DNA of 54,572 nt from the NCBI GenBank assembly GCA_045634765.1, contig JAZRAW010000067.1, forward strand, positions 1-54,572, written 5' to 3'. Under the pieces are notes generated by a model, which saw only the letters and a list, made by a program, of their open reading frames with translations, had not been told where the DNA came from and searched no databases. Made by a program: the position numbers and the translations under genes. Shown in pieces: positions 47,725 to 54,572 of this stretch. The stretch is from Alistipes sp. Its GTDB lineage: Bacteria; Bacteroidota; Bacteroidia; Bacteroidales; Rikenellaceae. Within the stretch, counting starts at the first letter, position 1, and the number at the start of each line of letters is the position of its first letter.

Positions 47725-49284
47725 ATGAGTTGTAACAAGAGACATATTCCAGATATTGGTCGTGGCTGCACATTCTGCGACTGTGGCGATGAGATTGAGG
47801 CTATTGCATCAGAGGGTTGTTACAAGCTGCATGAGACAGATTGGCTCGAGGAGTATCCAAACAATATACCCTCGGACATCTTCGAGGTGCGCTTCAAAAA
47901 CACTCGCCGCTCATACTACCAGAACGTGAACAACTTAGAGCTTAAGCGCGGTGACATCGTTGCCGTGGAGGCTCAGCCTGGTCACGACATAGGCATCATC
48001 TCGCTTACGGGCGACATGGTGGCTAAGCAGATGCGCCGCGTGGGCTTCAACCCCCACAACGGCGAGTTCAAGAAGATATACCGCAAAGCACGCCCCTACG
48101 ACATCGAGCGTTGGCAGGAGGCCATAGCATTGGAGCATGAGACGATGATCGCCTCGCGCCAGATTGCCGCAGACATGGGCCTCAACATGAAGATTGGCGA
48201 CGTAGAGTATCAGGGCGACAAGCTCAAGGCTATATTCTACTATATCGCCGATGAGCGTGTCGACTTCCGCGAACTAATCAAGGTCTTTGCCGAGCGCTTC
48301 CACATCCGCATCGAGATGAAGCAGATTGGTGCTCGCCAGGAGGCGGGACGCATCGGAGGTATCGGTGCTTGTGGTCGTGAGCTATGCTGTGCATCGTGGA
48401 TATCGAGCTTCTCGAGCGTAACAACAAACGCGGCGCGCATGCAGGAGATATCCCTTAACCCACAGAAGTTGGCAGGTCAGTGCTCGAAGTTGAAGTGCTG
48501 CCTCATGTATGAGTATGACTCGTATGCCGATGCCCGTCGTACCATACCACGCTTGCGTGAGCCATTACAGACCCTCGATGGCGAGTGGTTCTTGGTTAAG
48601 ATAGACCCATTGGCAGGCACCATGTCATTCTCAACAAGTAAGGGTACGATGGCAAACCTCACTACGCTGCCCATCAGCCGCGTAAGAGAGATTATCGCAC
48701 TCAACCGCGCTGGCGAGAAGGCCGAGACACTTATTGGCAGTGGTAACGAGGCCACAGTTGAGGAGCCTACATACCGTAGCCAGGAGGATAGCATTACCCG
48801 CTTCGACAACAAGAATAAGCGTAATAAGCGCAACAAGCGTCGCGGCAATAAGGGCGAGAGCCAAGAGGCTAATGGCGAGCAGCCATCAGCAACAGAGGCA
48901 ACAACACCCGAGGTTAAAGAGGCTACACAGAGCAACAACCCTGAGCAACCTCAACAGAGCGAGCAGCGTCGTAGTAGACGCGATAGACGCGATAAGCGTG
49001 ATAAGCGCAACAATGGTGAGGGTGGCGAGAACCGCGAACAGCGCGAGAACCGTGAAAATCGCGAAAATCGCGAGCAGCGCGAGAACCGAGCTCCTAAGGC
49101 AGAGGCGAAGGAGGGTGCTAAGGAGGAGTCCGCAACCAATGAGCAGAGCGACAACAACAATCGCAACGAGGGTGGCGAGCGCAATGAGCGAGGTGAGCGT
49201 CGCGGTAGAAACCATCATCGTCGAGGCCGCAATGGTGGCGAGCGTCGTGAGCACAACACAGAAAATAACAAAAACAAGGAGTAG
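47725..49284 (+). CDS. ricT: PSP1/RicT (YaaT)-family protein with a disordered C-terminal tail
   Basis: EVRFKNTR, DERVDFRELIK, IGACGRELCC, KLAGQCSKLKCCL. Start at ATG 47725. Confidence 0.88.
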   Translation: MSCNKRHIPDIGRGCTFCDCGDEIEAIASEGCYKLHETDWLEEYPNNIPSDIFEVRFKNTRRSYYQNVNNLELKRGDIVAVEAQPGHDIGIISLTGDMVAKQMRRVGFNPHNGEFKKIYRKARPYDIERWQEAIALEHETMIASRQIAADMGLNMKIGDVEYQGDKLKAIFYYIADERVDFRELIKVFAERFHIRIEMKQIGARQEAGRIGGIGACGRELCCASWISSFSSVTTNAARMQEISLNPQKLAGQCSKLKCCLMYEYDSYADARRTIPRLREPLQTLDGEWFLVKIDPLAGTMSFSTSKGTMANLTTLPISRVREIIALNRAGEKAETLIGSGNEATVEEPTYRSQEDSITRFDNKNKRNKRNKRRGNKGESQEANGEQPSATEATTPEVKEATQSNNPEQPQQSEQRRSRRDRRDKRDKRNNGEGGENREQRENRENRENREQRENRAPKAEAKEGAKEESATNEQSDNNNRNEGGERNERGERRGRNHHRRGRNGGERREHNTENNKNKE

Positions 49285-49287
49285 CAG

Positions 49288-49725
49288 ATGCAGCGCTTGA
49301 TATACTTCGCAGTGGTTGTCATGGCCATGTTTGCAGTGTCGTGCAACGAGCAGCAGCATAGCGTAGAGATGCACGATATAGAGATGAGCGTGTGGGACTC
49401 TGCCGAGGAGTTTACATACAACAACGCCGACTCGCTATCGAAGCGTGATATATCTATCGTTGTGCGCTATGGTGCAGGATATGTTCGCGACTCCGTAAGC
49501 CTACGCATATTGGCAATATCGCCCGACTCGATGGTTATTGAGGAGCCCTTCACGCTCTACATACCTCGCATCAAGGAGGTACGCCCCGAGGAGCAGACTT
49601 TCCTCTATCGCAAGGGTGTAGTCTTGGGGCGCTGTGGCGAGTATAAGTTCCGCATCACCCCCGACACCATTGTCGAGGGCATAAGCTCCATAGGCATCAT
49701 GGTTGGCGAGCCAAACGTTAAGTAG
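49288..49725 (+). CDS. gldH: GldH-like lipoprotein
   Basis: Lipobox AVSC, W-D..E.F motif, GISSIG at the C-terminus, directly after the PSP1 gene as is common in Bacteroidetes. Confidence 0.65.
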   Translation: MQRLIYFAVVVMAMFAVSCNEQQHSVEMHDIEMSVWDSAEEFTYNNADSLSKRDISIVVRYGAGYVRDSVSLRILAISPDSMVIEEPFTLYIPRIKEVRPEEQTFLYRKGVVLGRCGEYKFRITPDTIVEGISSIGIMVGEPNVK

Positions 49726-49748
49726 ATAGAAGATATAAATACTACCCC

Positions 49749-50501
49749 ATGGGAAAAGATAAATTAAGAAAATTTGCTGAGAACCTTACCTTCAAGTGTA
49801 TGGTGCAGCCCGAGTTTGACGACATCTTCCACAAGGACCACCCACTAAAGGGTCGCTGGCACGAGGATTTCTTCCACAACAACAACCCCATCATCCTTGA
49901 GTTGGGTTGTGGCCGCGGTGAGTATACCGTAGCCTTAGCGGAGCGTAACCCCGACAAGAACTACATTGGCATCGACATCAAGGGTGCCCGCATGTGGCGC
50001 GGTGCTAAGACCGCTACGGAGCGCGGCATGGAGAATGTCGGCTTTGTGCGCACACGCATCGAGTTCATCCGTTCGTTCTTTGCCGAGGGTGAGATTTCCG
50101 AGATATGGATTACCTTCCCCGACCCACAGCTCAAGAGCCGACGGGCCAAGAAGCGCCTAACATCGCCACTCTTCCTTGCCGACTACAAGAAGATGCTCAG
50201 CGAAGATGGTGTTATCAATCTCAAGACCGACTCCAAGCACCTGTATGCCTACACCGCTGCCGTTATCGAGCGTTTGGGTCTCAACGTAGAGGTGCAGAAC
50301 GACGACATCTACGGCTCGGGATATGCCGACGAGGTGCTCTCGGTGAAGACCGCCTACGAGACAAAGTTTGTGGCTATGGGTCTCCCCATCACCTACACAC
50401 GCTTCGGTCTCAAGAGTTGCGACAACTTCGAGTTCTTCGAGTGGGAGGGCGACGAGGCACTGGAGAAGGATGCCGAGGAGAATAGAACAAAGGCCTTTTA
50501 G
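49749..50501 (+). CDS. trmB: tRNA (guanine-N7)-methyltransferase
   Basis: LELGCGRGEY, IDIKGAR, WITFPDPQ, LKTD. Confidence 0.95.
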   Translation: MGKDKLRKFAENLTFKCMVQPEFDDIFHKDHPLKGRWHEDFFHNNNPIILELGCGRGEYTVALAERNPDKNYIGIDIKGARMWRGAKTATERGMENVGFVRTRIEFIRSFFAEGEISEIWITFPDPQLKSRRAKKRLTSPLFLADYKKMLSEDGVINLKTDSKHLYAYTAAVIERLGLNVEVQNDDIYGSGYADEVLSVKTAYETKFVAMGLPITYTRFGLKSCDNFEFFEWEGDEALEKDAEENRTKAF

Positions 50502-50522
50502 CAACCACATATAACAGTTATT

Positions 50523-51944
50523 ATGGGAAAGAGAAGAAAGGATTACCCCCTAATTGAGGGACTACATATCACCACACTTGCTGCCGAGGGAAAGGCCATG
50601 GGCAAGGTGGATAATCAGGTTGTCTTTGTGGCTATGGCTGTGCCTGGCGACGTGGTCGATGTGCAGATACGCAAGCACCACCGCCGCTATATGGAGGGCA
50701 CCATTGTGCGCTTCGTGGAGAAGTCACCCCTACGCGTAGAGCCCTTCTGCGAGCACTTTGGCGTATGTGGCGGCTGCAAGTGGCAGAGCCTACCCTACGA
50801 GGAGCAGCTCAAGCAGAAGACCACACAGGTCGAGGACCAGCTTGTGCGCATCGGACACCTCAACATCCCCGAGGTGCGCCCATGTCTCGGCTCGGAGCGC
50901 ACACGCGAGTATCGCAATAAGCTCGAGTTCACCTTCGCCGATAAGCGCTGGTTGACATACGAGGAGATTGCCGAGGCTGGCGACATAGCATCTACCCCTG
51001 CCGTGGGCTTCCACATCCCCGGTTGCTTCGACAAGGTCCTCGATATTAACCGTTGTCACCTTCAGGTAGACATCTCGAATCGTATTCGCCTTGCAACAAA
51101 GGCGTTCTGCATCGAGCATGACTACTCGTTCCACAACGCTCGCCTACATGAAGGCCTCATGCGTACGATGGTCATCCGCACCGCTTCGACAGGTGAGATT
51201 ATGGTTATCGTGGTGTTCAACGAGAACGACACCGAGCGCATCAACGCCCTTATGTCGTACCTCAAGGCTGAGTTCCCCGAGATTACCTCGCTCATATACA
51301 TGGTCAACGAGAAGTGGAACGACTCACTCGGCGACCGCGAGCCCATCTGCTTTGCGGGCAAGGACCATATCATCGAGGAGATGGAGGGACTCAAATTCAA
51401 GGTGGGACCCAAGTCCTTCTACCAGACAAACTCGGAGCAGGCATACGAACTCTACAAGGTTACGCGCGAATTCGCCGACCTTAAGCCCACAGATGTCCTC
51501 TACGACCTCTACACAGGCACGGGTACCATCGCCAACTTCTGTGCACGCCGCGCTGCGAAGGTTGTTGGCGTAGAGTATGTTCCCGAGGCTATTGAGGATG
51601 CAAAGATTAACTCCGAGATTAACAACATCGAGAATACGGTGTTCTACGCTGGCGACATGAAGGATGTTATGAGCGATGAGTTCATCGCACGCAATGGCCG
51701 CCCTGATGTCATCATCCTCGACCCACCTCGTGCGGGTGTCGATGAGCGCGTATTGGAGGTTATCAAGCGTGCAGCACCCGAGCGCATGGTATATGTGAGC
51801 TGCAACCCCTCGACACAGGCGCGCGACTTGGCACTTCTCGACGACATGTACGAGATTCTTGCTGTGCAGCCCGTAGATATGTTCCCCCACACCCACCATG
51901 TGGAGAATGTCGTGAAGTTGCGTAAGCGCACCCTCGCGGAGTAA
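50523..51944 (+). CDS. rlmD: 23S rRNA (uracil1939-C5)-methyltransferase
   Basis: TRAM domain, CEHFGVCGGC, SFYQTN, DPPRAG, YVSCNP, DMFPHTHHVE. Confidence 0.94.
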   Translation: MGKRRKDYPLIEGLHITTLAAEGKAMGKVDNQVVFVAMAVPGDVVDVQIRKHHRRYMEGTIVRFVEKSPLRVEPFCEHFGVCGGCKWQSLPYEEQLKQKTTQVEDQLVRIGHLNIPEVRPCLGSERTREYRNKLEFTFADKRWLTYEEIAEAGDIASTPAVGFHIPGCFDKVLDINRCHLQVDISNRIRLATKAFCIEHDYSFHNARLHEGLMRTMVIRTASTGEIMVIVVFNENDTERINALMSYLKAEFPEITSLIYMVNEKWNDSLGDREPICFAGKDHIIEEMEGLKFKVGPKSFYQTNSEQAYELYKVTREFADLKPTDVLYDLYTGTGTIANFCARRAAKVVGVEYVPEAIEDAKINSEINNIENTVFYAGDMKDVMSDEFIARNGRPDVIILDPPRAGVDERVLEVIKRAAPERMVYVSCNPSTQARDLALLDDMYEILAVQPVDMFPHTHHVENVVKLRKRTLAE

Positions 51945-51988
51945 TCTGCCAATAGTCCAATTTCGGACACACCCAAACATAGGAATAT

Positions 51989-53572
51989 ATGGACATATAT
52001 TATATTATAGCACTTGCCGTCGTCGTTATTATGTTGGCGGCAAGTTATTTAGTAGGTCGCCGTAGCCGCCCCACAAGTGGCGACGCAGCAAAGTGCAAAG
52101 AGCTCGAGGCACAATTGGCAGAGAGCAAGGCGCAGCTCACAAAGAGCGAGGAGCGCCTCGAAGCACTACGCTCGGAGACCACAACACTACGCTCGGAGCG
52201 CGACATTGAGCGCACCTCACGCCAGCACCTCGAGGAGCAGGTTACGACCATAAAACTCGAAGCAAAGGAGACCCTTGAGGCGCAGACCGCGACACTCAAA
52301 GAGTCGTACGAGAAGCAGATTGCCCAACTTCGCGAGGAGCAGCAGCGCCAGATGGATGAGTTTAAGGCGTTAAATAAGAAGCAGCTTGACGACCAGCTCG
52401 AACTAATACGCGAGCAGATGCGCACCACCTCCGAAACGGTGCTTAAGGCACGCCAAGAGGAGCTCGGCGAGCGTAACGTGGAGCAGGTATCAAAGATTGT
52501 AGACCCTCTGCGCCAGAGTCTTAAGCAGATGCAGGAGGCACTCAACACCTCAAGCAAGGAGCATAACGAGACCATGACACGCCTCGACGCCACCATCCAG
52601 GCAAACATGAAGAATAGCCGCGACCTCGGCGAGACTGCCGAGCGCCTGACACGCGCACTTGTGGGTGAGGTCAAGGTGCAGGGTAACTTCGGCGAGCTTA
52701 AGCTGCGTCAGCTCCTTGAGGACCTCGGACTCAAGGAGGGTGAGCAGTACTCAACACAGCAGTCGCTAAAGGATGAGTTTGGTTCAAGCATCAAGGACGA
52801 TGATGAGAAGGGACTCATCCCCGACTTTGTGCTCCACTTCCCCAACAACCGCGATGTCATCGTCGACTCGAAGGTCAACCTTAAGGCTTACGAACTATAT
52901 ATCAATGCCGATGCAGGCATCGATAGCGGTGAGACGGAGAAGACAAAGTCGCAGTACTGTGCAGAACATATCGCTGCAGTGCGCCGACAGGTGGACCTGC
53001 TGGCAAAGAAGGACTACACAAAATACCTCAAAACGGGATACTCGAAACTCAACTTTGTGATTATGTATATGCATAACGAGGGTGCGCTTAACCTCGCGCT
53101 GATGAACGACAACGCGCTATGGCGATATGCCTACGACAAGGGCGTGCTCATACTCGGCCCTCAGACCATGTACATGAACCTACGCATCCTCGAACTCATG
53201 TGGACACAGAGCCGCCAACTTGGCAACCAGAAGAGGATTGTGGAGGCTGCAGAGGAGATGATTAAGCGCACACAGATATTTGCCGAGCGCTTCAACGAGG
53301 TGGAGCGACACCTCAAAAAGACCACCGAGGCTGTAGGCGAGGTTAAGAAGTCTATCGCTACGGGAGGCCAGAGCATCATGACCTCGGCAACAAAACTTAT
53401 CAAGCTCGGCATAAAGGAGGATAAGAGCCATGTGAAAATCTCATCGTTCTACGTCGAGGAGGAGCCTTCACAGATGATTGGCGAGCTCGATACCAAGAGT
53501 GAGTCATTTGAGCAAATGAGCACTATTCCCGAAGAAAACGACGAAGCCATCGAAAAAAAATACAGAAATTAG
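51989..53572 (+). CDS. rmuC: DNA recombination protein RmuC
   Basis: N-terminal TM segment and coiled coil, QGNFGE, PD..L..P, IVDSKV. Confidence 0.9.
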   Translation: MDIYYIIALAVVVIMLAASYLVGRRSRPTSGDAAKCKELEAQLAESKAQLTKSEERLEALRSETTTLRSERDIERTSRQHLEEQVTTIKLEAKETLEAQTATLKESYEKQIAQLREEQQRQMDEFKALNKKQLDDQLELIREQMRTTSETVLKARQEELGERNVEQVSKIVDPLRQSLKQMQEALNTSSKEHNETMTRLDATIQANMKNSRDLGETAERLTRALVGEVKVQGNFGELKLRQLLEDLGLKEGEQYSTQQSLKDEFGSSIKDDDEKGLIPDFVLHFPNNRDVIVDSKVNLKAYELYINADAGIDSGETEKTKSQYCAEHIAAVRRQVDLLAKKDYTKYLKTGYSKLNFVIMYMHNEGALNLALMNDNALWRYAYDKGVLILGPQTMYMNLRILELMWTQSRQLGNQKRIVEAAEEMIKRTQIFAERFNEVERHLKKTTEAVGEVKKSIATGGQSIMTSATKLIKLGIKEDKSHVKISSFYVEEEPSQMIGELDTKSESFEQMSTIPEENDEAIEKKYRN

Positions 53573-53771
53573 TTAAAAATATTTTGATTATATCCTTATA
53601 TCGGCGCAAAGTTTTCAGCGCGTTTAGCGGTGAGATAGCCACTTATTAATAGATTGATATACAGGGCATAAACCGCCTATAAAACTCGAGGGAAGTATAT
53701 AGTTTTGCATACAGCAAAGCATATATTTCCCTCTTTATAATTTTAACTTATGGCGCTATAAGTATTTTTTG

Positions 53772-53803
53772 TTTGGAATATTAGATTTATTGCCATATAT
53801 TTG
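53772..53803 (+). promoter_or_regulatory. Full Bacteroidetes promoter TTTG-N20-TATATTTG with no downstream ORF
   Basis: tttg at 53772-53775 and tatatttg at 53796-53803. Confidence 0.72.
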
Positions 53804-53809
53804 CACCAG

Positions 53810-54049
53810 AAACAAATAGAAATAGCTAAAATAAGTTAATAAAGATAGCGCGAAAACGGAGATCCCGCACCGAATAGAGGGTTAATAACAACAGCCGGAT
53901 CTTCACCCTTAGGGCGATAGATGCAGTAAATCGCAAGTCCTGAGGGTAGCAAAGGAGAAAGAAATTTTATGGTGTAAAAAGTTAATAATTGTTTGTGTCC
54001 ATTGTGTGAGGGCCGTCTGCTGTGACAGTAAGACGGCCCATTTTTTTTT
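53810..54049 (+). ncRNA. Candidate ~240-nt small RNA
   Basis: Promoter, two adjacent hairpins (53858-53904, 53905-53947) and a strong terminator. The only ATG-start frame is ATG-GTG-TAA. Confidence 0.55.
54010..54049 (+). terminator. Intrinsic terminator
   Basis: gggccgtct/agacggccc stem with inner gctgt/acagt pairing, followed by T9. Confidence 0.88.
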
Positions 54050-54061
54050 GCACTACGGGCT

Positions 54062-54380
54062 GCCATTCCGAGGAGCGAAGCGACGTGGGAATCACCTTAA
54101 TTAATTAGTAATGAGAAATTAGCAATTAGTAATGGCACCCTGTGCTGTCATTCTGAACGAAGTGAAGAATCTCAAGGACTCCGAACCAATGAATGTTAGT
54201 ACTACCCGCGAGATCCTTCGCTGCGCTCAAGATGACATACGGCGTGAATGAGATTGCCACGTCGGGCAAAGCCCTCCTCGCAATGACGCATACACATAAA
54301 CACACATAACAACGTCATTCCGAGGAGCGTAGCGACGTGGGAATCCCCTTAACTAATTAGTAATGAGTAATGAGTAATTA
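54062..54380. repeat. Nested GTCATT...AATGAC (CGTC-tagged) REP-like cluster with heptamer tracts
   Basis: R1 left half 54062-54093, R2 left half 54147-54173, R2 right half 54210-54236, R1 right half 54250-54287, R1 left half again 54314-54345; (attagta)-like tracts follow each R1 left half. Confidence 0.85.
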
Positions 54381-54381
54381 C

Positions 54382-54572
54382 TACTGATGCAATAAATTTT
54401 GCACAGTAGTGGTTAATACGTTAAACATAAGCAAGTTACAAGCGTTCTTTGATTTTTTGATTTGAAATTGTTGATGGTAACTTTGTGGCTTAAACCTCAA
54501 AATTATGCATCTCGGCAAGTTCGTATTCGCTCAAATAGTGGAGTTTATACCTCGTTTTGAGTTTGATAAGTG
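54382..54572 (+). mobile_element. Left end of a probable IS4-family insertion sequence (truncated by the window)
   Basis: Abrupt switch from heptamer repeats to tactgatgcaataaa..., then a TAACTTTG promoter at 54478-54485 and the transposase start. Exact end unverified. Confidence 0.55.
54505..54572 (+). CDS. IS4-family (DUF4372-type) transposase, N-terminal fragment
   Basis: MHLGKFVFAQIVEFIPRFEFDK resembles the MxxGKxVFxQ N-terminus of Bacteroidetes IS4/DUF4372 transposases. Confidence 0.65.
   Translation, partial: MHLGKFVFAQIVEFIPRFEFDK

Noticed and set aside
49288-49725. Gliding motility or T9SS system inferred from gldH
   Set aside because: A lone gldH-like gene after PSP1 is common in non-gliding Bacteroidales, and no other gld/spr genes are in the window.
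53836-54066. 76-aa minus-strand ORF over the candidate sRNA
   Set aside because: It starts inside a REP-like repeat and crosses the terminator stem antisense, while promoter and terminator polarity support a + strand non-coding transcript.

Overview
Mostly core-genome window from a Bacteroidota chromosome. The TAnnTTTG promoters, GH92/GH97 enzymes, GldH and ExbB-X-ExbD-ExbD locus point to Bacteroidales; Rikenellaceae/Alistipes-like is an inference. It holds about 38 CDSs: ileS, a dksA-like gene, yebC, etfBA plus an acyl-CoA dehydrogenase, an iorAB-aminotransferase-CoA-transferase operon, upp, hflX, tonB, rlmN, GH97 and two GH92, yitT, priA-comF-dprA-tatD, ansA, exbB/exbD, an outer-membrane beta-barrel, ricT-gldH-trmB-rlmD-rmuC, and the start of an IS4-like transposase at the right edge. 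I saw no rRNA, tRNA, CRISPR array or prophage. The most unusual signal is non-coding. (1) Two diverged copies of a ~270-bp twin-hairpin element (4795-5072 and 16020-16299) keep base pairing through many compensatory and G-T changes, fold well only on the + strand, and appear to have swapped their apical modules. (2) Three families of intergenic elements are built from inverted arms of 7-, 8- and 9-bp tandem units. (3) A nested CGTC-tagged REP-like cluster adjoins the IS4 end. (4) Two ORF-less promoter-to-terminator units are candidate sRNAs. All family assignments come from motif recognition by eye; no database search was run.
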